DNA of 64,000 nucleotides from Candidatus Omnitrophota bacterium (GTDB lineage: Bacteria; Omnitrophota; Gorgyraeia; Zapsychrales; Fredricksoniimonadaceae), in assembly GCA_903901225.1 (NCBI GenBank), contig CAIUQE010000035.1, forward strand, positions 9,249 through 73,248. Reading direction: 5' to 3'. The translations under genes and the position numbers were made by a program. The notes beneath the pieces were generated by a model. That model saw only the letters and a list, made by a program, of their open reading frames with translations, searched no databases and was not told where the DNA came from. Shown here in pieces: positions 47,774 to 58,016 of the stretch (position 1 is the stretch's first letter; each line of letters starts with the position of its first letter).

Positions 47774-47777
47774 TCTT

Positions 47778-48935
47778 ATGCGTATTGGTTTTGATGCGAG
47801 AATATTGACATTGCCAAGATGCGGAGGGGTGACTGTTTTTTTGCGACTCCTGGAACATCTTCCGTTGTTAGATGATCAGTTGGAGCTTGTACTTTTTTTC
47901 CCTCGGCCTTTTTTGCCGGAGTATCAGAGATACTTGAAACATGACCGGATCGTTTGTGTCCAGGTTGCGGAGCGCGTCAGCGATATAAGCCGTTGGCCCA
48001 ACAGACAATTGTCGCCCCTTCTTCGGGAGCAAAGGATTGATATTTTTCATCAACCGTTCAATGCGGATGGCCCGTTCTTTTGCGCTCCTTGTCCTGTTGT
48101 TGTAACGATCCATGACCTGATCCCGTGGGTGATACCAGGTATTTTTCGCAAGGCCGTTAAGGCGCTACGTTATAAAGTCAGGAATATACTTTGGGCACAT
48201 GCCGCGGCAAGAGTACACACGGTCTCTGAAACCAGCAAATTCGATATTATGCGGCTTTGCCGGGTGCCTGCGACGAAAGTCCTGGTAACGCACCTGGGGG
48301 CTGATGACATCTATAGTTGCGCAATTGCTCCAGGAGAAGAGCAGGAGATCCTTCAGCGGTACAGTCTTGTGGGAAAAAGATATGTGGTTAACATGGGGGG
48401 GCTCAATCAATTGAGGCGAAACCCTGATTTCATTATTGAAGGGTTTGCAAGGTACCTGGACCGGACGGGCGACGATAGTTTTTTGGTTATTACAGGGCAA
48501 GTTCTTAAACAAGATGGTTTTTTTGATCGGGTGAAGGCTAAGATGGTGAAAGAGGGCATAAATGATCGTGTCATACTCACAGGATTCCTTTCCAACAAGG
48601 AGTTGAAAGTTGTCCTGTCGCATGGACTGGTATCAGTTGTTACATCGCTCTATGAGGGGTTTTGCTTGCCTTTGACCGAATCTTTTTCATGTGGAATTCC
48701 AACAATTGCCAATCACGCCGGCTCTATTCCTGAGATCGCAGGCGATGCGGCTATATTGGTGGATCCTCGGAAACCTGATGAGTTGGCAGGACATTTGCAG
48801 TTGTTGATGCAGGATGAGAATAGGCGCGCGGTATTGTCACGTCAAGGAAGAGAGCGGGTTAAACAGTTTCGTTGGGATGAAATGGCCCGGGGAGTCCTGG
48901 CCATGTATCATTCTGTCGGAAGATCGAGAGCCTGA
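47778..48935 (+). CDS. glycosyltransferase family 1/4 (GT-B)
   Basis: GT4 C-terminal domain with the E..E motif (SLYEGFCLPLTESFSCGIP). Confidence 0.8.
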   Translation: MRIGFDARILTLPRCGGVTVFLRLLEHLPLLDDQLELVLFFPRPFLPEYQRYLKHDRIVCVQVAERVSDISRWPNRQLSPLLREQRIDIFHQPFNADGPFFCAPCPVVVTIHDLIPWVIPGIFRKAVKALRYKVRNILWAHAAARVHTVSETSKFDIMRLCRVPATKVLVTHLGADDIYSCAIAPGEEQEILQRYSLVGKRYVVNMGGLNQLRRNPDFIIEGFARYLDRTGDDSFLVITGQVLKQDGFFDRVKAKMVKEGINDRVILTGFLSNKELKVVLSHGLVSVVTSLYEGFCLPLTESFSCGIPTIANHAGSIPEIAGDAAILVDPRKPDELAGHLQLLMQDENRRAVLSRQGRERVKQFRWDEMARGVLAMYHSVGRSRA

Positions 48936-48937
48936 GC

Positions 48938-49792
48938 ATGCTGTTCCGTAAAAAGACACCCGTCATTGAGTATCCGGATTCGGTGCAGATCGAAACGACC
49001 AACCGCTGCAACGGGCGGTGTGTTTTTTGTCCGCATCCACGGATGAAGCGCCCCTTGATGGATATGTCCGACGAGGTGTTCGCGAAACTGATCCGCGACG
49101 TTAAAGAACTCAAGGTGAAGTCCATCCAGCCTTTTGTCAACGGCGAGCCTTTCATGGACCGTAATATTTTTGAGCGGCTCCTGCTCATCAACCGTGAATT
49201 GCCCGGGGTGAAGATCGTCATTTATACCAATGGCGCCTTGCTTACCGCCGACAAGTTGCAGAAACTTGCGGCGGTCAAAGACATTGATGTGATGAACTTT
49301 AGCCTTAACGGGATCGATGCCGCGGATTATCATGAGCGGGTGGGACTTAATTTTGAAAAGACCGTCGCTAATATCAAGGAATTCTTGCGCTTGAACAGGG
49401 AATTGAATTTCGTGCGCGAGGTCTGCGTCGCTTCGGTTGAGCCGGGCAATGGCAGCAAGGCGCAGGACAAGGCTTATAATGACGCCTTTACCCGTTTTTG
49501 CCACGCGAATTTTCCGGGCGTCCAGGTGAAGATCGGGTACAAGTATAACTGGCTTTCCCGGGTTTTCAGCCTCCGGCGGTTCCGCAATATTTTCTGCCCC
49601 CGCTTGAAGGCCATGATCGTCCTGGCCAATGGGCTGGTGGCGCTGTGTTGCATGGACATGGAGGGCGAATTCATTCTTGGCAACGCGCAGGAGCGTTCAC
49701 TGCTGGATATTTACAACGGGATCCTGGCGCGTGAATACCGGCATCACCGCAAGGCACATATGGTGCCATGCCGCACGTGCAACATGATCTAG
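48938..49792 (+). CDS. radical SAM enzyme with SPASM/twitch C-terminal domain
   Basis: CNGRCVFC CxxxCxxC cluster and C-terminal Cys motifs (LCCMD...CRTC). Paralogue of the 52573 gene. Confidence 0.75.
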   Translation: MLFRKKTPVIEYPDSVQIETTNRCNGRCVFCPHPRMKRPLMDMSDEVFAKLIRDVKELKVKSIQPFVNGEPFMDRNIFERLLLINRELPGVKIVIYTNGALLTADKLQKLAAVKDIDVMNFSLNGIDAADYHERVGLNFEKTVANIKEFLRLNRELNFVREVCVASVEPGNGSKAQDKAYNDAFTRFCHANFPGVQVKIGYKYNWLSRVFSLRRFRNIFCPRLKAMIVLANGLVALCCMDMEGEFILGNAQERSLLDIYNGILAREYRHHRKAHMVPCRTCNMI

Positions 49793-49806
49793 GTGAAAGG
49801 GAACAG

Positions 49807-50550
49807 ATGTTCAAGACAGGTGTTTTCCGGGAATTGTGCGCGATCAGCGCGGGCATTGAAGGTTTTCTGACAGATCGTGAAGGCTGGTTGCTCTATCAAT
49901 TGGCCCGCAGGGCTTCCGGTGGATGTATCGTTGAGATCGGTTCATGGCAGGGTAAATCCACGGTTTGGATCGGGTTGGGCGCGAAGGCCAGCGCGTCTCA
50001 CGGCGAACCCTCCAGGGTTTATGCCATTGATCCTCATACCGGTTCCGAAGAACATCAGAAACCGGGTGAGAAGATCTGGACGTTGGAACGGTTCAAGGCC
50101 AATATCAGTCGTAACGGGCTTGACAGGATCGTTACGCCCATCGTGGAGCGCGCGCATAATGCCCGCCGTGCTTTTGAACAGCCTGTCAGCCTGCTTTTCA
50201 TTGACGGAGCGCATGATTACGATTCGGTCAAACAGGACTATGAGCTTTGGGCGCCGCTGGTGGTGGAGGGCGGGTATATCGTGTTCCATGATACCCAGCA
50301 GGCCGGCGTGAAGAAATTTGTTGATGAGATTATCCCCACAGGGCCCTTCGCGAAGGTTTATTTCCAGGATACCATCTGTTATGGGAAAAAAGTGGTGCGG
50401 CATTCTTCCGTTGATGCTTTTCGCGGCCGCGCCATGATCCGGCTGAAAAACGAGTTCCTGGATGTCTGCGACGGGGCGGTTTCGAAGGAACATAAAAAAT
50501 GGGTCAAACAGCGGGTCAAGTTCGTGCGCGCGCTATTGACGATCCTGTGA
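49807..50550 (+). CDS. class I SAM-dependent O-methyltransferase (TylF/MycF/CmcI-like)
   Basis: GCIVEIGSWQGKST and LLFIDGAHDYDSV motifs. Confidence 0.7.
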   Translation: MFKTGVFRELCAISAGIEGFLTDREGWLLYQLARRASGGCIVEIGSWQGKSTVWIGLGAKASASHGEPSRVYAIDPHTGSEEHQKPGEKIWTLERFKANISRNGLDRIVTPIVERAHNARRAFEQPVSLLFIDGAHDYDSVKQDYELWAPLVVEGGYIVFHDTQQAGVKKFVDEIIPTGPFAKVYFQDTICYGKKVVRHSSVDAFRGRAMIRLKNEFLDVCDGAVSKEHKKWVKQRVKFVRALLTIL

Positions 50551-50562
50551 CAATGAGGAGCC

Positions 50563-51720
50563 TTGATGAGAATTGCCTTTGATGCGGTGAGCCTGACCCG
50601 GGAGCGTTCGGGCGTGGCGAATTATCTCACGCGCCTTGTGCGCCGGCTGGTTGAGATCGACCCGGACCTTCAGGTTGTCTTGCTGGCGCCTGACAAGATC
50701 TGTGTGGAGTACGACCTTTTTATCCGTCATCCGCGGATCAGGCGGGTGGTGGTGGACCTGCCGCGTGCCGGGCGGAAAAAGTGGGCGTCAACGCACCTGC
50801 CCCGCCTTCTGAAGGAGCATGGCATTGACCTTTTTCACCAGCCCGGCGGCATGGACGTGGCGCTCTTTCGTTCGCCCTGCCCGATGGTCCTTACCGTTCA
50901 CGATATGGCGCCCTGGGTGTTGAGTACTTTCAAGGATTGGCGCCGGGCGCTGCGTTATAAATTGCGCAGCCTTGTTTGGGCGCACCAGGCGGCCAGGATC
51001 CTCACGGGAGTCGAGGTGAGCCGCAAGGACATTGTCCGGTTATGCCGCGTCCCGGCGGACAAGGTCGCCGTCACGCCGTACGGGGCGGAGCCTGTGTATG
51101 AAGGCGAGATCAAGGCCGGTGAGGCGGATGACATCCTGCGCAAGTACCGTTTGCTCGGGAAAAGGTATGTCGTTAATTTTTCCGGATTGAATTATAAACG
51201 GCGTAACATTGACCTTGTGCTCGACGGCTTCGCGCGTTTCCACCGTGAGGTTCCCGATGACGTGACGCTTGTTTTTACCGGGCCTGTGGCCAACGCGCAA
51301 GGCGCGTACGACCGGGCCCAGCGCAAGATGGGCATCCTCGGCATCCGCGAGCGCGTGGCCACGACCGGGTTCATGAACGAGAAGGCTCTGCAGGTGGTCA
51401 TTGAGAATGCCGAGGCGGCGATCGTGACCTCCCTGCATGAGGGATTCCCCCAGTCGATGGTCGAGGCGTTCGCTTCCGGCACGGCGGTCATTGCCACGGA
51501 CCGGGGCGGCGTGCCCGAGGTGGCGGGCGAGGCCGCGATCATCATTGACCCATACGACCCCGCGGCCCTGGCCGACGCGCTCAAACGCTTGCTCGGCAAT
51601 TCCGTCGACCGTGAACTTTATGTTGAACGGGGTTACGGCTGCATCCGTGCCTTGACCTGGCAGCGGACCGCCCGTGAGACGCTCAATGCCTACCGTTCCG
51701 TCCTGAAGGTCAGCGCATGA
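50563..51720 (+). CDS. glycosyltransferase family 1/4 (GT-B)
   Basis: GT4 C-terminal domain (SLHEGFPQSMVEAFASG). Confidence 0.8.
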   Translation: MMRIAFDAVSLTRERSGVANYLTRLVRRLVEIDPDLQVVLLAPDKICVEYDLFIRHPRIRRVVVDLPRAGRKKWASTHLPRLLKEHGIDLFHQPGGMDVALFRSPCPMVLTVHDMAPWVLSTFKDWRRALRYKLRSLVWAHQAARILTGVEVSRKDIVRLCRVPADKVAVTPYGAEPVYEGEIKAGEADDILRKYRLLGKRYVVNFSGLNYKRRNIDLVLDGFARFHREVPDDVTLVFTGPVANAQGAYDRAQRKMGILGIRERVATTGFMNEKALQVVIENAEAAIVTSLHEGFPQSMVEAFASGTAVIATDRGGVPEVAGEAAIIIDPYDPAALADALKRLLGNSVDRELYVERGYGCIRALTWQRTARETLNAYRSVLKVSA

Positions 51721-52592
51721 AGATCGCCCTCGTCTATGACCGCGACAGCCGCGTGGGGGTCGGGGAAAGATGCCGGCGCGTGCTGGAGCATCAGCCCGGG
51801 CTTCAGGTCTCTCAGTTCGACCTGAAAGAGATACGGCAGGTCACGGGGGGGTTTGACCTTTATCTGCGCCTGGACGACGGGGATTACGCGGCGCCGTTCC
51901 CTGCCGGCCTGCATCCTTACGCGTGGTGGGTGGCCGATACGCATTTGAAACATCCCTTGCGCTGCATCATCCGCAATGCCCCCGACTGTGACGCGCTTTT
52001 TTGTTTCCAGAAAGAAGGCGCCTGGGAGGTTTCCCGTGCCACAGGGAGGCTGGCGCGCTGGCTTCCGCCGGCGTGTGATCCAGTAAATCCGTCGTCTGCT
52101 TTTGTTCCTCATTCTCAGCGGCGCTGGGATATCGCTTTTGTCGGGACGACGGGAAAATATACCCTGCGCAAGGTGGTGCTGGAACTCATTAAAAGCGGCT
52201 ATCCCAACGCCTTCATCGGGACAGCCCATCACAGCGAACTTTTTTCGATCTATTCCCAGGCCAGGATCGTCGTCAACTACGCGATCAACAATGACCTCAA
52301 CATGCGCATTTTTGAAGCCATGGCGGCCGGGGCTTTGGTCCTCAACAACAGGATCAAGGACAACGGTTTTGAAGATATCTTTTCACCCGGCCAAGACTGT
52401 GTTGTCTTTGACGACCCGACGACCGGGGAGCTGAAGCGGCTGATCGACCATTATCTGTCCCATCGCGAAGACGGGGAACGGATCGCCCGGGCCGGGTTCA
52501 CCCTGGCAGAGCGGCACACGTACCGGGAAAGGCTCCGGGAGATAGGGCGGATCGTTCTCAACAGGGGGGCGCGTGAAGCTGATTTCTTTTAA
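51717..52592 (+). CDS. CgeB-family glycosyltransferase-like protein
   Basis: C-terminal NMRIFEAMAAGALVL motif typical of the CgeB/DUF3880 family. Confidence 0.5.
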   Translation: MKIALVYDRDSRVGVGERCRRVLEHQPGLQVSQFDLKEIRQVTGGFDLYLRLDDGDYAAPFPAGLHPYAWWVADTHLKHPLRCIIRNAPDCDALFCFQKEGAWEVSRATGRLARWLPPACDPVNPSSAFVPHSQRRWDIAFVGTTGKYTLRKVVLELIKSGYPNAFIGTAHHSELFSIYSQARIVVNYAINNDLNMRIFEAMAAGALVLNNRIKDNGFEDIFSPGQDCVVFDDPTTGELKRLIDHYLSHREDGERIARAGFTLAERHTYRERLREIGRIVLNRGAREADFF

Positions 52593-53631
52593 CAAAAGAA
52601 TGTACCAGCTGTTCAAGGTGTTTTACAAATTGACCGGGCAGTGCCGGAAGATGGACGATCATTTTCTCGTCGAGAGGTTTGTGGATTCTCTCCAGCGGCT
52701 GCATTTCACGCAGCAAGGGGCTTCGGCGGCGGAACGGCGGGATTTCTTCAGGAAGCATCTTGTGGAGATCGAGGTGGAAACGCATGGGTATTGCAACCGC
52801 ACATGTTCTTTTTGCCCCAACGCGCATTTCAGCCGTGCCGACAAGTCTCAGATCATGCCGGAGGATGTTTTTGACCGGATCATTGCGCAATTGAAGTCCA
52901 TTGATTATGCTCATACGTTGAAACTGCATCGTTATAATGAACCGCTGGCGCTCGATATCATTTTCGACCGCATCCGCCGCGCGCGCCGGGAATTGCCGCG
53001 GGCGCGGATAGGGTTCCATTCCAACGGCGACTATGTCACCGCGGAAAAACTGAAGGAACTGGAGTCCGCGGGCCTTGATTTTGTGATCATCGGCATGTAC
53101 CTTGACGCAGCGGGGAGCCGTGAAGCGCTGCTGGCCGAAGCCAAAGACCGATGTCGGGAATTTCTCCGGCGGAGGGATCTTGAGGCGCATGAGGTCCCCG
53201 CGGATGGGGCGCTGGTGCGTTACCGTGTCCGTATGGAGAAGCTCCAGGTTGCCATGTTCGTGCCGGATGTCGCCAGCCAGTGGAACGACCGCGGCGGCAC
53301 GTTGAAAAGTTATGCCAGGCACGCCCGCGTGTCGCCCTGCGAAAGTCCCTTTGGCAGGCTTTTGGTCGACTGGACCGGAGATGTCCTGCCGTGCTGTAAT
53401 TTGAGAGGGGATGTCGCGGCGCACAAGCCTTATATCCTCGGCAACGCGGCCACAACCGCGCTCGAAGACATTTATTTTTCCGGTGTTGCCAATGGATTGC
53501 GGCGGAAGCTTGCCGGTTTTGACATCAAGGAAGGGGCCTGCCGGACCTGCCACTACGCGTCGTTCCCGCAGGATGATGGGTACAAGGCGCTGGTTGAAAA
53601 GAAGATCCGTAAACTTGATATTGATCAATGA
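52573..53631 (+). CDS. radical SAM enzyme with SPASM domain (second copy)
   Basis: CNRTCSFC cluster and C-terminal Cys motifs (LPCCN...CRTCH). Confidence 0.75.
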   Translation: MKLISFNKRMYQLFKVFYKLTGQCRKMDDHFLVERFVDSLQRLHFTQQGASAAERRDFFRKHLVEIEVETHGYCNRTCSFCPNAHFSRADKSQIMPEDVFDRIIAQLKSIDYAHTLKLHRYNEPLALDIIFDRIRRARRELPRARIGFHSNGDYVTAEKLKELESAGLDFVIIGMYLDAAGSREALLAEAKDRCREFLRRRDLEAHEVPADGALVRYRVRMEKLQVAMFVPDVASQWNDRGGTLKSYARHARVSPCESPFGRLLVDWTGDVLPCCNLRGDVAAHKPYILGNAATTALEDIYFSGVANGLRRKLAGFDIKEGACRTCHYASFPQDDGYKALVEKKIRKLDIDQ

Positions 53632-53644
53632 AGGAGAGGCCGGA

Positions 53645-54301
53645 ATGAGCGAAGATTTCAGGATGTGGAAAAAGAAGAACCTGCCGGGATTAAGGGCGCT
53701 GGTCAGGTCGGTCCGTTATATTTTCAAAAGGCCCCGCTGGTTTTTTCAGCGGGAGATCATGAAGAACAGCATTTTTATTTCCGAGTTTGAGATCGCCGAG
53801 GCGTCGCTTTTTCCGCGCCGGGTCATTGACCGGGTCATTGATATGTTCCGTCCGTCGTCCGTCCTGGACCTGGGATGCGGGGTGGGCCGGGCGCTGGAAT
53901 ATTTTCATGATCGCGGGATAGATGTCCAGGGCGTGGAGGGGTCTGAACTGGCCATATCCAAAGCGAAGTATCCCGACAAGATCCTTCAGTATAATCTTGA
54001 GAAAGAACTCAACCTCAAGAAGCGGTTTGACCTCATCTGGTCATTTGAATTTGTCGAGCACATCCATCCCAAATATGTAGATAACCTGCTAAAAACTTTT
54101 TCAAACCATTCCGATAAGGTTGTTGTTTCCGCCGCGCCTCCGGGGCAGGGGGGCGACGGTCATTTTAATGAACAGCTTCCGGTTTACTGGATAGAAAAGT
54201 TCAAACAATACGGTTATGCATTCGACCAGCCAAGGTCTGAAGAGCTGCGCAAGCTGGAAGACAGTTACAGCCAAAACCTTATTGTTTTCGAAAGAAAATG
54301 A
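53645..54301 (+). CDS. class I SAM-dependent methyltransferase
   Basis: Perfect AAGGAGAGG SD and motif I VLDLGCGVGRA. Confidence 0.65.
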   Translation: MSEDFRMWKKKNLPGLRALVRSVRYIFKRPRWFFQREIMKNSIFISEFEIAEASLFPRRVIDRVIDMFRPSSVLDLGCGVGRALEYFHDRGIDVQGVEGSELAISKAKYPDKILQYNLEKELNLKKRFDLIWSFEFVEHIHPKYVDNLLKTFSNHSDKVVVSAAPPGQGGDGHFNEQLPVYWIEKFKQYGYAFDQPRSEELRKLEDSYSQNLIVFERK

Positions 54302-54494
54302 TCTCTGTGGGAATTAGAGGCGGGAGAGGATCGTCGGGTATGAAAATTTCCACGCATTGTGTGGCCATTGGAATGGGATCAAAGTTCAACTTCATGTCGC
54401 CTGTATGGTTTTATCGTTCAAAATACGAGCGCTGGGCCATCCTGCGCGTGTGCGGCATTTATTTCTGGTTCGTCGTCAAGGAGTTCAAAATATT

Positions 54495-55553
54495 TTGAAA
54501 AAAGTCCTGATCGTCAACCCTTTCGGCATCGGGGACGTGCTGTTCACGACGCCTTTGATCGCGGCCCTCAAGCGCCGGGAGCCCGGCATATCCATCAGTT
54601 TCGTCGGGAACGCCCGCACCGCGCCCTTCCTCAGGAATGACCCCCGCCTTGACCGGGTTTTTTCCTATGAACGTGATGAATTCGTCGCGGTCTATAAAAG
54701 ATCGCCGTGGCAGTTCCTCCTGAAATGGAAAGCGTTCACGGCAGAACTGTATGCCGGGCATTTTGATACCGCGTTCGACCTTTCCATGGGGTCCCCCGTC
54801 GGAGCGGCGCTGATGCTGGCCGGGATCCCGGCGCGCGTCGGATATGACTACAAGGGCCGCGGGCGGTGGTTGACCCGCAAGGTCCCGCTCAAAGGCTATG
54901 AAGGCCGGCACGTGGCCGCGCATTATCTGGACCTTCTTGAGCCCCATCCCGGTAACGAAGACCGCATGGCCTTGTTCGTTCCCGAAGCTGACAAGGCCTG
55001 GGCCGGAGAGTTCATGGCACGTCACGGGTTGGGGGATAACGCCTTCATCGTCATGTTCCCGGGTGGCGGGGCAAGCTGGGGGCAGGGGGCCGGCATGAAA
55101 CGCTGGCCGCCGGAAGGCTACGCGCGATTGGCAGAGAAAATAATTGAAAGATCAAAGTGCCCCATTATACTGATGGGGGACCAAAGCGAGCTGGAGCTTT
55201 GCCGTCATGTCGCCGGGTCAGCTTCAAGTCCGCTGGTAGCGGTGGCGGATCCGACGAGCCTGACGCGGGCCGCGGCGCTGATGCGCCGGGCAAGGTGCGC
55301 TGTTGTCAACGATGGCGGCCCGTTGCACGTGGGGGTGGCCTGCGGCGCGCGGACAGTTTCGATCTTTGGCCCTGTCGACCCCGTGGTTTACGGGCCTTAC
55401 CCGCCGGGGAAAGATCACCGGGTGGTGACCAAAGGGCTGCCCTGCCAGCCGTGTTACAGGAATTTTCGCGTGTCAGGGTGCGATCATCAGAGTTGTTTGA
55501 GAACATTAACCATGGATGAGGTCTACAGGGCCTTGGAGGAGTTCGTCTCATGA
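54495..55553 (+). CDS. glycosyltransferase family 9 (heptosyltransferase-like), second copy; TTG start inferred
   Basis: N-terminal KKVLIVNPFGIGDVLFTTP and C-terminal NDGGPLHVGVACGARTVSIFG GT9 motifs. Confidence 0.65.
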   Translation: MKKVLIVNPFGIGDVLFTTPLIAALKRREPGISISFVGNARTAPFLRNDPRLDRVFSYERDEFVAVYKRSPWQFLLKWKAFTAELYAGHFDTAFDLSMGSPVGAALMLAGIPARVGYDYKGRGRWLTRKVPLKGYEGRHVAAHYLDLLEPHPGNEDRMALFVPEADKAWAGEFMARHGLGDNAFIVMFPGGGASWGQGAGMKRWPPEGYARLAEKIIERSKCPIILMGDQSELELCRHVAGSASSPLVAVADPTSLTRAAALMRRARCAVVNDGGPLHVGVACGARTVSIFGPVDPVVYGPYPPGKDHRVVTKGLPCQPCYRNFRVSGCDHQSCLRTLTMDEVYRALEEFVS

Positions 55554-56647
55554 GCGTGCCGTTCATTGATTTTACCGAACAGAATAAAATGATCCGCAAG
55601 GCGGTCGACGCGGGGCTTGAACAGGTGATCGCGAAAGCGTCATTCATCATGGGGCCGGAAGTGAAGAAATTCGAGGATGAGTTCGCGGCTTTTTGCGGCG
55701 TGAAATACGCGGTGGGCGTGAATTCCGGGACGGACGCGCTGTACCTTGCTTTGGCGGCCATGGGTGTCGGGGAAGGTGACGAGGTGATCCTGCCGACGTT
55801 CACGTTCATCGCCACGGCCCTGTGCGCGTCTTATACGGGCGCCCGGGTCAAGTTCGTGGACATCGATGAGCATTCCTACAATATGGACCCCGCGAAGCTG
55901 GAGCAGGTGATCACGCCGCGGACCAAGGTCATCATTCCCGTGCACCTTTACGGGCAGATGGCGAACATGGACGAGATCCTGGCGGTCGCCCGCCGGCGCG
56001 GCGTGGCGGTGCTCGAGGACGCCTGCCAGGCGCACGGCACGCGTTACAAGGGCCAGCGCAGCGGGTCCATGGGCAACGGCGGTTGTTTCAGCTTTTATCC
56101 GACCAAGGGCCTGGGCGCCTGGGGCGACGGCGGCATGGTCGTGACCAATGACGCGAAACTGGCCGAGATGGTGCGGATGCTCAGGGATTACGGGCGCACG
56201 GACCGTTATGCCCACAAGTTCAAGGGGCACAACTCGCGGCTGGACACGGTGCAGGCCGTTGTGCTTTCGGAGAAGTTGAAACACCTGGACGCGTGGAACA
56301 GCTTGCGCCAGACGGTGGCCGGATATTACGCCAGGCACCTTGCCGGATCGGGGATCATTGTGCCGCAGACACTGCCTGACCGGGAGCATGTCCATCAGAC
56401 CTATGCCGTCCGCCTGAAGGACCGCGCCCGCGTGCTGGACCGGCTGAAGGAGAAAGGCGTCACCGCGCTGATCCATTACCCCATACCGATCCATCTGCAG
56501 GAAGCATACGCCGACGCCGGATTCAAGGCGGGGGATTTTCCTGTTTCCGAGAAAGTCGCTGACGAGATCCTGTCGCTGCCCATGTTCCCGCACATGACGG
56601 AGGCCCAGGTCATTGAGGTTGCTGCCGCGCTCAAGGGAGCCCTGTAA
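55550..56647 (+). CDS. DegT/DnrJ/EryC1-family aminotransferase (canonical Lys)
   Basis: PLP lysine in FYPTKGLGAWGDGG and full DegT fold. Confidence 0.85.
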   Translation: MSVPFIDFTEQNKMIRKAVDAGLEQVIAKASFIMGPEVKKFEDEFAAFCGVKYAVGVNSGTDALYLALAAMGVGEGDEVILPTFTFIATALCASYTGARVKFVDIDEHSYNMDPAKLEQVITPRTKVIIPVHLYGQMANMDEILAVARRRGVAVLEDACQAHGTRYKGQRSGSMGNGGCFSFYPTKGLGAWGDGGMVVTNDAKLAEMVRMLRDYGRTDRYAHKFKGHNSRLDTVQAVVLSEKLKHLDAWNSLRQTVAGYYARHLAGSGIIVPQTLPDREHVHQTYAVRLKDRARVLDRLKEKGVTALIHYPIPIHLQEAYADAGFKAGDFPVSEKVADEILSLPMFPHMTEAQVIEVAAALKGAL

Positions 56648-57420
56648 TGTTCCCAGTACCGGTGGCGGTCGTCATCATCGCGAAGAATGAAGAAGACAAT
56701 ATGGAGGCCTGCATCCACAGCGTCAAGGGGTGGGCCGCCGAGATCATCGTGGTCAATGACAATTCCACGGACCGCACGGTGGCCATTGCCGAGGCCTGCG
56801 GCGCCGTTGTCCATCATCGCACGATGGACAATGAGGGCATCCACCGCAACTGGGCCGCGGCCCGGGCGACGAGCGCGTGGGTCCTCTATCTTGACGCGGA
56901 CGAACGCGTGACGCCGGAGCTTCGCCGGGAGATCGATGCGGTGCTGCCCGGCACAGCGCACGTGGCCTTTGCCATACCGTTCAAGACCTATATCGGCAAT
57001 TACTGGGTGGACCATTCCGGATGGTACCCGGGGTCGAAGACCAGGCTGGTCCTGAAAAGCAAATTCCGTTATGAGGAGGCACCAGTCCATCCGCGCGTGT
57101 TCCACGAGGGGACCTGCGGGCATTTGACCGGGGATATCGTGCATTACGGTTATCCTGACCTGGCGCATTTTCTCGCCAGCCTTAATCGCCAGACGACGCT
57201 GGAAGCGCAGAAGTGGGTCGATACCGGACGGCGCATGTCCATGCTCGCGGGATTTTGGCGCATGGTCGACCGGTTCTTCCGTTCCTATATCGGCAAGGGC
57301 GGCTGGAAGGGCGGGTTCATGGGTTTTGTGATCGCTTATTTCGCCTCGCTGTACCAGGTCATGAGCTACATCAAATATTACGAGATCATCAAAGGCATCA
57401 AAGAGCCCGTGAAAAAATGA
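56647..57420 (+). CDS. glycosyltransferase family 2
   Basis: VAVVIIAKNEE...IIVVNDNSTD GT-A motifs. Confidence 0.75.
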   Translation: MFPVPVAVVIIAKNEEDNMEACIHSVKGWAAEIIVVNDNSTDRTVAIAEACGAVVHHRTMDNEGIHRNWAAARATSAWVLYLDADERVTPELRREIDAVLPGTAHVAFAIPFKTYIGNYWVDHSGWYPGSKTRLVLKSKFRYEEAPVHPRVFHEGTCGHLTGDIVHYGYPDLAHFLASLNRQTTLEAQKWVDTGRRMSMLAGFWRMVDRFFRSYIGKGGWKGGFMGFVIAYFASLYQVMSYIKYYEIIKGIKEPVKK

Positions 57421-58016
57421 AAGTTGTTTTTGTTGATAGAGATGGCGTGATCAATGAATTTCCCGGCAACGGCCTTTATGTCACCAACGTCAAGGATTTT
57501 CATTTCATCCCGCGTTCCATGGAAGCGCTGAAATTGTTGACCGACGCCGGGTACCATATTTTCGTGATATCGAACCAGGCGGGTGTCGGCAAAGGGGTAT
57601 TCACCCACGACAAGCTCCGGCGCATCACGCAGCGCCTGCACGATGGCGCGGCCCGGGCCGGAGCGCGTATCACCGGGGTCCATTACTGCACCTGCAAGTC
57701 GACGGACGGGTGCAATTGCCGCAAGCCGCGCGTCGGCAATATCCTCAAGGCGCTTGCCTCCGTCGGGGGGAGTGACGCGGACGCGCGCGACGCGTATTTT
57801 GTGGGGGATACCGAGATCGACATCAAGGCCGGGAAGAATGCCGGATGCAAGACGGTCTTTGTCCTGTGCGGGCGTGAAGACCGGGCGTACATGAAGCGCT
57901 GGGATATCAGGCCCGACCATATAGCAAAGGACCTTTATGAAGCCGCAAAACTCATCATCGCCCGGGATACTGATCATCCACGCGACCGCGGGCGCCGGGC
58001 ATCGCAAGGCCGCTGA
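57417..58016 (+). CDS. gmhB: D-glycero-D-manno-heptose 1,7-bisphosphate phosphatase-like HAD-IIIA phosphatase
   Basis: VFVDRDGVIN motif I, ISNQ, and the Zn motif H..C.C.DGCNCRKP. The 3' end overlaps the next gene by ~80 nt. Confidence 0.65.
   Translation: MKVVFVDRDGVINEFPGNGLYVTNVKDFHFIPRSMEALKLLTDAGYHIFVISNQAGVGKGVFTHDKLRRITQRLHDGAARAGARITGVHYCTCKSTDGCNCRKPRVGNILKALASVGGSDADARDAYFVGDTEIDIKAGKNAGCKTVFVLCGREDRAYMKRWDIRPDHIAKDLYEAAKLIIARDTDHPRDRGRRASQGR

Noticed and set aside
54298-54498. 66-aa ORF in the gap between the methyltransferase and the second GT9
   Set aside because: No SD and an odd composition. More likely a promoter/leader region for the GT9 gene.
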